From Catajapyx aquilonaris (lineage: Eukaryota): 64,000 bases of DNA. The translations under genes and the position numbers were made by a program. The notes below the pieces were generated by a model. The model was given only the letters and a program-made list of their open reading frames with translations, made no database searches and was not told where the DNA came from. Location of the stretch: positions 1-64,000 of the forward strand of contig JYFJ02001087.1 in assembly GCA_000934665.2 (NCBI GenBank), written 5' to 3'. How positions within the stretch are numbered: position 1 is the stretch's first letter; every line of letters starts with the position of its first letter. Shown piece after piece: positions 8,501 through 23,917 of the stretch.

Positions 8501-11500
8501 TCAGTTGATGCACGCATGAAGGAGTTGATTAATTGTGCATAACAGTAATCTTGCCCTGTGATCATGTCTATGAATTTCTGGGATGGGCCTTTATTGCGTC
8601 TTCATGTAAATAACGTATATCAATATATTTAATACAATAATGTTTGTGTCTGTTACTGTGTAACTGAGAGAAATCCTGCCTCAATAATATAATATCGACT
8701 AAAATGATGAAATCTCTAGCTATAGTTAAACATCTAGTTCAAAGAAATAAAATGTACCGGTCATACAGACGCCTTATATTGATAGTTTCCTATAGCAATT
8801 ATAGATTGAAAGCCATGTGAATTCGACAAAATGGTCCATAGTGACACTGTTTAATGCATCGTTGACATATTTTTGCATAGCTGGTGTCAACATGGAGTGC
8901 CAGGTGCTTTCAAAATCGACGCCGCCAATTTAGTGTTGAAAACAAAATCGATTTCTGGTGTCAAAACCTGTTACAAGACTACCCATAATATCTCTTCTGG
9001 CACAAAGTAACATATCTACAAACATCAGCAGCGGCACCGATTGTCCTGGGCTGCTTTGAAGTCCGAATCCCCCACCTTTTATGTAACCTCGCAACAGTAC
9101 AGTGCATGTACAGGTTGGTAGGCACCACCAAAGGATTCCAATTCGAATGTGTATAGAGAGTGTGGCCTCAATTCGTGACCAGACGGGTATCCATGCTTGC
9201 TTCTCGAGCCAGGCTTGCTTCTGAGAGGGGGTCTGCATTGTGCGATTTCATAGCAGGGTCCGGCTGTGTGACCGCCATAAACGAAATGTCCCTTTTCATC
9301 CCAACAACTCGGTTGGCAAATTCCCCCTGCGCGGCTTCGAACCAGGAGCAAAGCCCTTCCTATTTCTTACATACAGGGGGGGCCAACATGAGATGAAAAA
9401 ATCTGGCTCATATTGTACTTATAAGGTCAGATTGTACGGAATAGTGCTGTAAAAATCAGCAAAATTTTGAGTATATCGAAAAACGCAGTTTTTTTCTGAA
9501 TTGTTTGGGCGAAATTAATATTAAAAGGCAAAATGTTGGACTAGCAGGTTTATACCCTATTTTTGACTACCAGTATCCGGTTTGGATTTGGTCTACTTCT
9601 CACAGCATCTCCCTTCTGGAAAATCGTTCTCGCTTTGATATGCATGGGAAGTACGACGTTATCTATACGTTTGCTTATTCTGCATTGATTTCGGGTATAA
9701 GGCTCACCCTGGCGTGCACACACACCTTTTGCACCCACCCAACCCCAGCTATCAATACGTTCAAGTCGACGAAACGCACACTCGGCACAGATTTTCTTAG
9801 CAGACAAGGATGCTGGGGCTGATAATTAAGCCGCGGCCTTAATTAAGCCTCACGGACATTTAGAGAAAGATAAGTTGCGGCTGGTTGCTCCAGTGGAAGT
9901 GGAATTAAATAAATGAGGAATGTGAAATATAAGGTGAGCCCTAAGACATTAGGAGAAAAGTAAGGTTGAGTGCCACTTATCAACCGCATCTAAGACGGAT
10001 CTTGCTTTATTAGTAATTTGCGCTTATTTATCTGATGTCTCCAAAAATGGCACCTGGTGGCCTCTTATCAAGCGTGTAAGCGCCATCGAGCGGGTATACA
10101 GGCCGCGACTCTTCTGTCTGGATGGATATTCCAAGACGAGAATTGCATTTCGCTAAAAAGCGGCGGAGGACACTTTGCCAGGGGGGTTTAGAGGACTGTA
10201 AAAAATGGGAGCCTTTGGCATTCGGCTGGCTGGGCTGGCTGCAGCAGAGGCGTGGGTGCTGACAGTTCCCTGCCATATATATCTGCCAACATATTTCGCC
10301 CAGTTCGCGCCTTTCCCCCACTGAATAGGAATCCAATGTGAATTTTTTTTTATTGGCATCGTCCCATTACAATGGGGGGAAGGCCAACATAATATCGTTT
10401 GCTTGCACCTGATCGAATTGGATGGTTGTCATTCGCAAGCTTCCAACCCCCCCGCAAATCTTTGGGATCTTTTGGAGAAACTTTCCTTGATTGCGATTTG
10501 TGTACAGGGGACATTTCGGTTAATCCAATTAGTTTGCCCGCTTCCGAGAAACGAATTAGGGAAAGGGATCCGCCCAAATTGAATGCAATGTAATTATGAC
10601 GGATCCTATATCAAATTTCAATAAAGAAAAGTTGGACCCGGATGGAAAAGGAAGTTCCAGCAAAAAAAATAAAAATATGAAAAGCGAGATTTCCAAGTCC
10701 GTCCAAATATTTTATTTGCGAATCAATACGACGACACAAGGTCCTTAACCTTTCTGTGGATCCGGACCAGTTGGTATGTGAATAATTTGGTATTGAGACG
10801 GTCCTAATTTAGATCTGATCGATTACCCGCCGCTTGTGGCAGGAACAACAGGCAAAACCTCTTCACCATAGATTAATCAATGATGTAAGCACTGTCCAAG
10901 TTCTCAGTTCTCCAGAAGTTGTGGACTACTGTTTACCCAAACAACAAGTGTAAACAGAAGCTAGATATTGTTCCGTCGTTTTGAAACGGTTTCTGTGGGT
11001 AAACATCAGTTACTCTCAATTGCTCTCTGCTTATTAGACAATGGCTAATTTTTGTTCCTTGTAAAAGTTGAGCCACCATGGACGTTATAGCATAGAATTA
11101 TTAACTTGTGATGAGAGTATACCGATAGAGCAGGTTTTTCACGCATTGTACACGACTAAACATCATCATATGTCCCGTATTTATATAGCAAACAGGATGC
11201 ATGTCCGGAGTGTTTGCGTAGCAAATACGTGAGAGGCAGCCAGGGGAGTGTACATAGCAGCAGCTAGCAGTTTGGCCATTGGAAATGAAGTGGCTTTCCC
11301 CTGCTGCCAGATGCTGAGATGGTGAAACAGAATCGCGGATGATATACGTGATGCTATCCCCACCTGCCCCAAATGCATTTTGGATGGAAGCAAAGTGGCA
11401 AAAAAAATAATTCAAACGTTATGGGCCGCTTGCAGCTTGCATTATGGAAGTGAATACCGGTCTCGAGTATGTGGGATGGGAGCCTGTTAATGAAGTTTGG

Positions 11501-14500
11501 ATATTTGAAAAAAATATACATATGTGCTATACAAGCCTTTTTAAACTGCAAGTGCTGAAATGTCTGATGGAAAATTTTTGGTGATTTGATTTATTTGATG
11601 GGTTGGCTCTCCAGTATCGCCTGTATGTAATTTCATGACTGCTTTAATGCGATTTGTGGCGCAAAATCCTTTACTTCTGAACTCTACATACTGGATGATG
11701 CACTCCCCTAGTACGACTAGTACGAGGGAAAATGTTACACCAAAAAAACAGTTGGAAATATCATACATATCTGGTAATAATTATTAATTCCCTTTAAAGT
11801 GATCGCTAGGGTAAAAAATCCATAACTTGTCCGTGCTGAACTGCGTTTGGAAAGTGCACGACCCTGTATATTACAGCAGCCAGGTTTTTTTCTGCAATGC
11901 CATATGTTCGAATTCATGACTGCATAATGCGACGTGCATCTCAATATCCGGCAGCCCAAAATCAATCGACCTGAATGGCAGTTTCACATTGTTTGGATTT
12001 AATAATGCACTCGGTATACATAACAGATGTGCATTTGTGTTAGTGTGTTTATAATTTGTATAATAATTATATATATTTTTGAAAATAGCCATAATTTTGG
12101 GCAGGGGATGGCCAGTTTTGCGATTGTAATATTTCCCTCAGTGGCTCAGTGGCACAGAATTTTGCGAGTTATGCTGCTACCTCAGACTTCGGAATCCTCA
12201 GAGAAACTCGATACGAAATTGCGCCAAAGGAAACCCTCCCCTCCTCAGCTACTTTTTCCTTGTTTGCTTCTTTGCTTGTAATTTGGCCGGGTTCTGGCCC
12301 CCGAGGCATCCTCGTGACTCACCGGAATCACAATGTTTCTGGAGCGAAAATGGGGGTGGGACATAGAGCAAGAAGAGAAAGTGACTATAGCAAAAAACGG
12401 TAAGCCCAAATGGTGGGAAAGAGTCGGGGAGAAAATAACCTCTAACTTCTGCCCGGATGCGCAATTCTGTCCACGGCGGAAAGGCCTTTGTCTGTAAAAG
12501 GAGTGTGGGTATGTCTGGCATAGGAGGGAACTTCCATCATTGATCTCGCCAAGTTTCCTTCCTATTTGCTTTCTGTTCCTGACCCACCGTGTCCAATTTT
12601 GCATTTCTCTGAGCCTTTTTTTATATGACTATATATAAAAAAGAGAGGAAGGGGGGGACAGTTGTCCAACTGTGCCAAATCCCACAAAAGGTTCTCACGC
12701 GCTTGCTAGGTCCCGAGGCCTTGTTTTTCATGGTTCCGGAGCGTCCCGTGCGGCGTGCTGTGGCGGTAGTGTTGAAGCAAGGGGGCCAACGGACAAGGGT
12801 CGTGCTGCTGGAGAGAAAAGGGCTTAGAAAGAGATTGGTAACTTCCTCTTTAAATCCCCAGACCTAATGCAGGCCTCCCCCACCTTGCTCAAAGTGCCGC
12901 CTGCGTTAATTAATTCGCACCCTTTCAGCCATTGTTGAGCAGTGGATTTGCGGAATGACCCGCGTCCTGCGCTTGCCACGCTCTTGCTGCTGCGGTGCAT
13001 TCATCATATTAAGTGCTTTTTAGGGAGGCTGTATTTAATTTTGCAATAATTTTGTCAGCTGCTGGGTTTCGCCCCCACTGATTTCTGGATGAACAATGTA
13101 AGGTTACCAACTGCGCATTAATTTTTCGCAAAATTTGATGAAGCAATCTTGCATTGTTTGAAAGACCACGTCTTGTTAAACGCTAGATGTTTGATCAATT
13201 TTTCTCAATACACTGTCTGCGCTCCTTTGTCTCACTTCTAACAAAAACCTGGGCCTGCATTTAATATAAGCGAATTGAGCGGGTTTTAAAGAAACTACTG
13301 AAAAGTAAGGTGAAATAGGAGATTACCCAACCTTGCCACCTCCAGCAGCCCTTCTCCGGAAAACTTCTCTTTGTGCCTGGAGCTTTCCAGCAGAAAAGCT
13401 GAGCAAAATTTAGGAAAAGGGACTTAAAGTGTTGGAAAGTGGATTAGTTTAGAACATATTGTCCGTTTTTCGGGAGGGAACTGAACTTATTCCCTTCCAG
13501 TGATGGAAATTGGACAAATAATTTGGGAAAGTTTCTCGTGTGCTTGTTTTAATAAGCAAAGCTACTGAGCAGTCTTTGTAGGAACAAAAGATTATGTCTT
13601 ATAACTATATTTTTTAGCAAGATGACAACTTCGTGAGAGATGCAACTTGTCACCTGGTGCATTTTCCACATCCAGGACACACATTCCAGGCATCCTCCCT
13701 TTCCGCACAGCCAGCAGGATAATGAGACGTAACATTGTCGACATTGCAGCCTTCTTCCGTATCCAGGATTCCGGGCGGGCCAAGAAAGAGGACAAATCCC
13801 GGGCAAGCTAACGGGCGATGACAAATTCTAACTATTCTGAGGAATCTCAATTAGAGACTGGCTCAATATCCGCATAGAGAATGCTAATCATTGGTCCAAT
13901 GAATGGTCTGGGACATCCAAGTTACGGATCGCGTTAGGGGCGGGATTAGCCCTAATTCGCGGAATTTAATGGGGGATGGCCCTGTCCCGGATCTTGCCAT
14001 CCATCACACCCCAAATCCCCGGACCGCCGAAATTATCCGGTCACCCCAGCAGAGACATTATCAACACACAAAAAGGGGGGGGGGGGTACCCGAATATTTC
14101 TAGGCGCCCCCCTACCACTAACCGATCGCATTCCGCCAACTTTGGATTCGCCAAAAAAAAAGAGAAAGAAAATGGGAGAGAGAAAAAAAGGGCTAGCTAT
14201 TGTCGCAGTTATCCAATGGCTGCATTCCACACGTGACCATTGTGCTACGTTTCGGTTGAATTCAGGAATTTTTACGGGAAACCAATGCGGGCCCCTGGAT
14301 CTGGGGCTGCATCGCTAATTTTTTAATTATGAAATGGCGACGGCAGCAACTGGAACGCAACTCTGGAGGAGTGTGGACCAGGCCCGGATTTTTGTGACAC
14401 AAATTGACCCTGGCCCCAATACTTTTTTTTCCCCATATAATATTCGCAGCTTTTTTTTTAAAAGTAAGGTGACAGTAACCTACAAGCTAGTTGATTGGCA

Positions 14501-15760
14501 ATTCCGGTCAGAGGATTGTCAACTCGTATCTACAATTTGCTCTGGACTTGCTCTTGCTCCGGTCGGTTCGAAAATGTTTGATGAAAAACTCGAATAAACA
14601 CGCGGGGGAAAAGGGGTGGTCGTTTTAATGCTCCGACTATTGGTTGTGCGGGTCTACTTTGATATATCCCAACCCTCCCCCTCTTTTGGTCCGGACGCTG
14701 ATGCTGCTGGGATGGAAATGGATCACCGGTTTATAAACCTATGGAACACAGTATGCGTGTCATTTGCGTGCAAAAAATCTGGGGTAGTGGTTTAATCTGT
14801 GGACAACTTAAACACAAAAATATTTTTTGATAACTGCTATAGAAGTAAATGAATCCGTACCTTCAATGTACTGTAAAATTTTTAGATGTTCGGTGTACAT
14901 GTGCTACAAACTGTGGATATATGGACTGAAATGAAAGTTAACAGTAGCAATAATTGGCGCGGAAGAGATGACCATGCTCCATTTCCTTTTTCATCGCGTA
15001 ATTCCAGAGCTTTTTGACGCGACGAATGCGCGACATAGATTTAAACATTTCACGCCGTATAAATAGCTTATTCTGCCATAATTTTACGCTAGCAAAGCTC
15101 CCCATAATATACTACCAGCATGGCATTTAATAGCTGACTGAGTTTAATGAGCTCCACTGTTTTCTAACTCTTGTGGGACTTACTGGATCTGACAAAGGCA
15201 ATTCAAAAACAGGATCCACCCTACCACATTGTGACATCTCCTTTCACATAGAGATTTCTTCGATTAAAACAAACTGAGCATGAAAGTGTAGGGGGGGGGG
15301 GGGAATATTCTCTTGCACCATGCAATGCAAGTTTCTCTCTGCAACATTCCTTCCAACGTCACAAACATTATTTCATGGGGCGCTCTCTTGCTTTCAATCT
15401 CGTCCCAACAAAACACTAAACCGGGAAGCGTAAACAAATTGAGCCAGTTTGAGGGGGGTTGAGGGTGCAGGGTGCAGGGTGGGTGGTGGGGGGAAAGGCT
15501 TTTGGAATGAGCTTCCTGACTCGCGCAAACCCAGAGCCAGCTCTACTCGATAACCGCGCTACATTTGCCGGACTAAAACGACCCTCTTATCGACTTCTGA
15601 ATTAACAAAAACCCGGTTCCAGACAATAATGAGAGAGAGAGAAAAAAAAATTGTGCATGTGCAACAATAGTTGTTAGTAAAAATAGCTGACAATAATTGT
15701 CACGATCTGTAATAACTGCTACAAAATTAACAATTAATACTAGAAAAACCCTCGTTTCGT

Positions 15761-15935
15761 TCACTGAGTGCGGCGGTTGGGAGGGAGCGATGTACACCCT
15801 CCGGCCGACAGCGAACGAATGGATAGTTCCTCCTCCCATCCACCAGAGGCGCTGTCTCCACCTCCATTGCGCCTGCGCAGAACCGGGGCCAATCGGATGA
15901 GTCGCGGTAACACTATACGGCGCACCAATCAGAAG
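15761..15935. promoter_or_regulatory. Promoter-like island: NRF1/Ewg-type site and two CCAAT boxes
   Basis: TGCGCCTGCGCA (15868-15879), GGCCAATCGG (CCAAT 15889-15893) and CACCAATCAG (CCAAT 15925-15929) in a locally GC/CpG-rich patch. Initiator-like TCAGT on the minus strand at 15763-15767. Confidence 0.4.
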
Positions 15936-18900
15936 GCATAACCCGGCCGGCATAACCATACAGCATGAATAGAATTTTTAATATTATAGATTTCTGCTAA
16001 ATGGTTGAAAACTGATTGATCATGTGCAAGCTATACAAAGAGTTAAACTCTTCCAAGCAAATGACAAATGCAACCCAGCTTTGACTCCAGTACTGTCAAC
16101 TCTTGCCCTCCCACCTTGTTCAGTAATTTCTAGAAATTTTCCCGTTAGGACTAATTACCCGGGGAGAGCTTTCAGAGCCGAATGAGATAGCATAATAAGA
16201 AATGATATTACATTTACAGCGAGAGTAACTCAAGGACGCTTTCAAAATCAGCGGATCGATGTCTGCGAGAGATAAGTTTTTGCTTCCTCAGGAAATTTGC
16301 GATTTATAACCTGTTTTCGACCTTCTATTTTCCGCCTATTTTTTTGCACTTTGATCCTTCAAGAAGTGGACCAACATTACAAAGTGTCGATGACATGAAG
16401 GTGTATGCATTATACTGTAGGAGGACAGGTGACACCTTTTTTGCAATGCGACATAGCACGGTGCGTTGGGCAATAAAAAAGCGAATTATGGCCCGTTTGT
16501 GCCAGTGCTCTCGGCTTCATTAAAATTGCCTGTCGCTTTTCGACAACACCTGGTCCTCTTCAACCCGTCCACAAGAGCGGTCTTTTTTTTGGTCCATGGA
16601 GTATATATCGAGGGTAATTATTGCGATTGTTTTCGGATGATGGACTCGGCGAGCTTTTTAAACGGATGATTTTTGCCGCTTTGTTAGCGATTCCAGAGTA
16701 TGAAGCAAACTGGTTTCATCCCATTTGCCATGTGGTGTGTGATAGTTACAATGTTTCACAACTACTGGTCATACTGGCCAGAAAAATAATTTTCTGCTTA
16801 ACCAATTTTGTAGTATCAGGTGTATTCACCTCTACATATTAGCTACATTATTTTATTGAACATGGATCATCGGGCGATCAGGAGAAAACCTGATGTTTTA
16901 AATCCACGGGGCTCATTACTGATTCCCAACATACAAAGTGCACTACATTATTAAAAAGGGCCTACAACACAACACCCTGTGCAAACGGACAGCTTGTCAG
17001 AGTTGACTATAGGCTACCTTTTCCCGTTAATTTATAGTCTAACCCGCCCCTAAAGGCCAGCTGGTTCTAGCATAGTGCTGGGTCGAAGAGCCGCTAACAA
17101 TTTATTTAGCTAGTTAGTGTTACCCCCAAGATCCTCTTCACTCCATGTGAGATTAACCATTCAGGGGCTGTTAAGTACAGCATGTCTGGATCCATGTACT
17201 ACACAGCTACTGTGCATTCGAGCCGTGTAACCCGGTTGGTCGGATATAATGCACACAAAAGCCTATAAAGTGTGCACATAGTGAGCAAGGATTGATATAT
17301 TTTGTGTCACCAAAATGCATGGTGCATCATTTTGGTTTAATCCAACAATTTTGAAGAGACGACAAGTGGCCATATTATCTTTAATCCTTGCATTAAAAGT
17401 GCGGATCCCCCTATTCGCCACTCCTGTTCTCTTCCAGCTTAGTGGCAATTATAATAATCCGATAGTGGCCCCAATCGTAAAACTAACAATTAGCGCTACA
17501 CGTGTGACTTATTACGGGGGGGCACAAAGTGCTGGGTCAACTCCGCCGATATAACATTCGCCCGCAAAATTGGTGGCGCCTGAATAAAACGCATCGGATT
17601 GGGCCATCACATTCGCGAATCTAGGCATTGATTTGCCAGGAAAATCGCGTTCCTGTAGGGAAATAAAATCGCGAAAAAATTATTGACTTTAAAAATTCAA
17701 AAGTTGCGCTCGTCCACTTTGATCGCGTTGATTATGCATCTTTTCGCCCTGAACTCGCAAAAAAAATAAATTCTGTGTGTACCCAACATGTGGCGAAAAT
17801 GAAAACGAGTCCCTGGTATATGCAAATGGCACCGACTGTCCTTGACGCATGCATGCACACACACATGACGGGTGTAGGTGGAAAACCCTGCTCCCCTATT
17901 TTTGCATGATGCAATGACCGCAAAAATTATTCAGCTGCTTGTGGCTTCTTGGTCCAGATGACTTTATGAGGTCACTTCAAACGGACCGCTGACGATGTTC
18001 ATTCGACATCCCGTGGCCTGCGGTAGCGGAGTTTGTCGCCTAGTTTTTATCTGGAGCGACGATGATGGACGCTGTCAGTTTATTTATTTTTTTGTGAATG
18101 TAAAGAAGCCTGTTAGGCTCTATTATGCTAATGTTAGAGGGGAAAAAGTTATAGGCTGTTTACTCCAGCAACTTTTTGCCGAGCAGTATTTTCTGATATA
18201 TGTCAAAAGCTGCAAAATCTGTAGTCGACACCATTTGATTCGTTCAGTGCATGAGTTGTTTTGACGAGAAGAATGGAATATTGTCGTGTGCAGTATTGCA
18301 ATATCCATTTTTCAAATCCAATTTCCTACGAGAAATGTGTTGAACTATTATGAAGAATGGATTTTGTTTCATGCCAGTGTTATTTCACCCTTTTTTTCGC
18401 GACTCGCAAAATGCGCTGAAAGAAGACGGTCGACCTCTTTAATATCGCGGTCTGTGCAAGGGTCAGGACAAAAACCGCGATTTCCAGCGCAATGACTCCC
18501 TCAGCGTGTATTGCGGTCTGCGTTACCCGAAAAAAGGGTCGCTCAATATAAACCCAGCGGGTGCGAGCAACGCTGATTAGGCAGCATCACAAGGGCAATC
18601 AATTTTTTTGATAGTGGGGGTCCACAGGTTTTTATACACACCCGCGGAATGTGCATTATGCCAAGTGGAAATTAAATAGAATAAATCTGCTCGCTTGTCA
18701 CAACCCCCCTTTCCTATCGTATTTGCATGTGTACAATTTGACAATCGCGACCAGAGATAAAATGCTGGACGGAACAAGCTTTCCAGGGAATGGTGGGGGA
18801 CTGTTATTTTGCAATACGCATTGGCAGACATGATCCATAACCACCGCCCCAAAACTGGGCAATAAAATGGATGTATACACAGCAAAAGAGGAGATATGGA

Positions 18901-21900
18901 AAGGCGGTCAAGCTGTAGGACAATAAAGGCAAAGGGAGAGTGAGTGGGTATGGCCGTGACTGGACATTGATAAGGACAAGGAATGAAAGGTGGATTGGAC
19001 CATGAAATCAATTTTACGCCCTGTTTTAAAGCCAGAGGGTGGAAGAAAAACGCAAAAAGATGGCCATAAAATTTCACGACACTTATTTCCAGATTTTGGC
19101 ATTAGCTAATGGAGTGCAAAGAGCTGTTGAAGTTCATGAAACTAGTCTCTGGGTTAGTTTGCAACTAATTAAAGGCAAAATTAAATGCAATATTTCCTTG
19201 TCAAAAGAAGGTTGAAAAGTTTTAGTTTGACATTATTTCAATGTGCGCAAAAAATTAAGTTCGCAAATTTTATACCTGACAGGGAATTTTGCATAATTTG
19301 CGTTACTTTAATATTTAAGTGACATGATCACTGCTGGCTCTGGAAGTATAGGAATATTTTTAAGAAATTGAGAGTAGGCGTAATCCTTGGTATTCTCACA
19401 CTAACAATGAAAAACTTTCTGACTTACTGAAATTTATACAATAAAATTAAGTTATAAGCCCTGCAGATGTATTCATCCATAAATTCATAAAACCATGTAA
19501 TATTGGTTAAACAATGATAATTTGTAAATAAAAATTGCAGAAAATTTTAAATGTGGGGAATCTTATTAGCTAGAACAACAACAAAATTAGCAGTTATTAT
19601 GGGAGAACCAATATGAGCGAACACTTCCTATGAAAAATGTTTTCGAAACGCGCCCCCTTCAGTATTTTCTCTGACATAATTACGTAAGCTAATTATTTTG
19701 AAACCGACCCCTACAGAGTTTGGAGGATCCAATTATCGTCAGCGTCAAGGCTGCTAAGGGAATGTTTCCACTCAGACGACTGCCTAAAATGCGAAGGCGT
19801 TTTCAACACCGCCGCCAGATAGATACGGTCGCCTTGCATTGTTCCCCAGGAAGTCCAACTCTCGGGGTCAAATGAACCACTTTCCCTCATCCAGAAGAAA
19901 GTCTGTAACATATCCAGACGTGTCATAAACTGTACTGTGACAGTCTCTTGGGTTGCCAATAATGTAGGAGGCCTAAAGGGCTTAAGAGATTATGACTCCT
20001 GCGAGACACTATCTCTGAATGATTGATATGGAGTATTGCACACCGAGGAGAGGATATATGAGTGTCATTCACTTGTAAAAGGAAGCGGTGACGCCTGCAC
20101 GACTTGAATGGGTAGTCCCAGCATATTGTCGCCGTCGGGCCAAGTGGAAATGGGAGGAAAAAGAAGCTGAGAGACGATTCTGCCTTATCGGTTTCGATAG
20201 AATGTTCAGACCCGAGAAAAGGTTATACGATGACTTATAAGTAGTTTCAGGGGGGAAAAGGAGCTAGGTGTGAACTTTATGAACAGTTTTTAAATTCGTC
20301 ATATTTTTTTTCAACAATGTTACAGCGGATAAACCATACCTGCATGATTACGTAGCCTACTATTTAGTATGACCTCAATCGTGCAACTGTCGAAGTATTT
20401 TTTAAAATTTGAAACGTCCAATCATTTCTGTCACAGTATTGGATCCTCCGTATAATTGATGCCTCCTCCAGGTATTTAAAATATAATTTTGAAAAAAGGA
20501 TGATTTATGTTCAGTAAGCGGAGGATAACTTTGACTTTCAGATGAGGCTTGCATCTCCCATCGGATTTGAATGTGGGAGGGAAAAGAAGTGTCTGCAGCT
20601 TTCACGGCCGCGTATATAACTTTTCCTCCACAGTTTAATATTTATTGACAGCCAGTCTCGAAGGTTTCCAAAAAAAAATGTTTGGGTGTCAAGGCGATAA
20701 AACGAGGCGAATATTACGGAGGGAAGAAGAGAAGCATTGAGACCACCTTCTCCCTGCCTCTAAGCCTTCTTCTCCCCCATCTGCATAGTTGCTGCTTATT
20801 TAATTTCTCTGAAACTCGAATCACTCAAGCCTGAAAAGCCTTTCCGCCCTTCACCTTTTCTATACACGTCTCCTAGAGACCCGGATTCTGCACTGGAGAA
20901 AAAGAAGTTCTATTCCCAAAGTCTGAGGGAAACTCACCACGACGAAGGTTTTCGCCCATCGATTAAGCATTAATTATCCCAAATTCTGCTACAGAAAGTT
21001 GGGCATCGATCCGTTTTTCTGGCCCCTGCTGCTGCCTGCATGAATCCAATTGGACCGGATCCCACCCATCCCTTTTTATTTGGAGCTGACGAAGTACTAT
21101 GTCGAATAACGAATTCAGGTTGGCATCCAACACTGCATATTCCAGCACACTGTATGTGACAAAAAAAAAATAGAGGCCTGAAAAACAAAACACGCCGCGT
21201 AAGTACAGTATAATTCTCTCTGAGGTAAACATGCAGTGGATATCGATTTGCGTGTTTATGTTGCCGTTATTACATCGAAATGAAGATATGTGCAATTATT
21301 ATCATCACAGCAATGCCACACAAGCATTTGCGGAACGGTCATTATCGCCATATCAATTTTTGGGCAATTTAAGCTCAACAATGCTCATTAAGAATGGTAT
21401 GCACTCCAATGAGAAATGTTAATACACAGTTCTAAGTGCGACAATCTGCTATTAATATTTTAAATCATGCCTGTTATAGCTTCTCCGCTTTAATACTTCA
21501 AACAGGGTACAGTACAGGGTAGTTGACTTGCGTATAGGCCAACTCCAGACGGCCCTAAGAGTACCTGAATTTGTAGCATATCCGTCATATCAGGTGTAAT
21601 GGGAATAAATGAAGCTTGAAGTGTGTTTGCTCCGAACCGAAAGTAAGAATAAGTGGTGCTGTCAAAGGCGCTTCAACCTTTGCTGCGAACTACGTCATTG
21701 GCAGGCGAAAGACTGCCTCACCATTCAATCTGGTTTACGCGGATGTCTTTAAGTCCTTGGAGTTCACAAACTCATGTTGCAAGTGATTGTGAGAGTAATA
21801 AAACTATTTCAACCCCCCCACACAGGTCAGTAGTGAAAATAAAGCCAGCTCATTGTTCAGCCCCCTAAAATTCTTCTAAGGAATTAAAGGCAGTTATGCG

Positions 21901-23917
21901 AAAGAGGGCTGTCGTAAACCGTCGTTAGCGGCCGATATTGGTAGAAGTAAGTGCCGTGGAAAGAATTCATAAAAGCGTCGCCATGCATTGTGAGACGCTT
22001 CCTAATAAATTGGCAGCAAAAGTGCACCAGGCTTGGAAGGTGTATACAAATGACGGGGCTGCCCCCTTCCTTATGCCTAACACTTGGAGCATTTTAACGG
22101 CCCATTTTTCCATCCCAAGTGCCTAATTTTCTAAGTTTTTTGGGGGGAGGGGGAGGGGCATTTTTTTCACTTAGAAGCACCTCAAGCTTCATGGTGCTGG
22201 AGAACAAGGCAGCAATTATCGTCACTCGAGGTGTCGGATCATGGGGCGGACCTGCTAAGTTTGAAATATGGAAATCATAGATATTAATATATCTGCAATG
22301 GACATAAAATAAATACAATGGACAAGTTTTATAATTCAGTCATAGAATTGAAATCAATCAAATAATGTGAAATAGATTAAAATATATTACACCTGAATTA
22401 TTTGTGCCGGTGCAAACTGTGAAATACACAGTGTATATGAAAATTACTGGATTTTTTGTTTAAAAATGGAGGCAATATGCCATTAATAACCACCCAGCTA
22501 TATATAGGAGAAGATGGCACGACATGGCTTGCAACAATGAATCAAAGCGCCGGTTGCATGCTCTCAGGAGTAATTTCCAGGTTGTCAGTCAATTACTTGG
22601 GCCTGCATTTTGGCCCTAGCATTTCAATCTGACTCATCAATCACCGTAATTAGAAGTGCAACACCTAGCCAGCAAAAAGAGGGCTGAGCACTGGGAGAGA
22701 GGAAAATCTGTATATAAAAAATAATTGGTTGTTCCTGCAAGGGGCTGCTTTTTCCTTGCGTTTGAAAATTATGGCATCCAGCTCTGGCCGAGTCAATCAA
22801 TCAATCAATGTCTGTGTGCATTGGTGGGGAGGGGGTAAGGCTGGTTACCTTTTGTCTGCGTGTGGTTGACAGCTGGGGGGAAAAAAAAGGAAAAGTAGGG
22901 CGGAAGTTGGGGAAAAAGAGAGTCGGTAAATCCAGGACCGTCCTCCAAATGCAATGCCGCAGCCTGTTTGATCCCACAGTTGAATTATTCACACTGGATT
23001 GTCCAAAGAATATTTAGAATCCACTGTGTCAAAAGGATCACAGGATTAATGGGAAGGTTTTTTTTATAGTGAACTAAAGATGGAATCGATGACAAATGCG
23101 AAATTTTTGTGAGGCGGTTTATATGTATGGAAAGAGAATCAATAATTGTTTTTTTTTTGCTTCCATGCACTGCTGAATTTTGGAACCGTAATGCTTTTCC
23201 TCGGTCTCCCAGAACTAAAGGGATTCACATTTTCGCCGATGCGAAGCTGCAACGCTTTTCGCCTTGAAAATGTGTCAGGCATTTAGGCAGGTTTTCCGGA
23301 AGAGTGCCCTAAAAGCTTAGGGACTTGTGCAGCCTCCGATGGAGATTAAAAGTAGCTCAATTTTTGTGTGAAAGTTATTTATTGCTCCGGTTACAACTTA
23401 AACCTATAACAAATATTTGGATATATCGAACATTACTTTTAATGTCAGTGTTAGTTACACAACAAAATATGTCAAACTTTTTAGAGCAACGTGTGCAAAG
23501 TAACACGTTTTGTGTGGTATAGGACAGTTGCAATTCATTTCTCTCTCGCTTCAGAATGAGCTATGGCATTTTGTTTGAAATGAGCGCATGCCTTGAAGGT
23601 GTGTCATTCGGGCCACTCTGGTGAAAACTTTCTGCCACAGCACTCTCACAGAGTTGATGCTCCATTTGACGGGCAGACCACTACTGGAAATGGTCCGCCA
23701 AAGGCGTTTTCTAGGAATCAGACCGACTTTTTGATCCCCACTCGGTTCGGTCGCTTTCTCGTCTCTGGAAATGGAGGAATGCACTTTATCTACACACAGT
23801 TATACAGTATACTGCTGTATAAGAATGTAACCATTGGTGTTGATATTGAAGCGAAATCAATATTGCTTGAATGTGCCAAAATGTGTGATTTCTAACTGTT
23901 TATTCTCTTCGTTTCAG

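Noticed and set aside
12141..12200. A-box-like GTGGCTCAGTGG followed by a weak B-box-like GACTTCGGAATCC
   Set aside because: No cloverleaf, poor B box and no second copy in the window.
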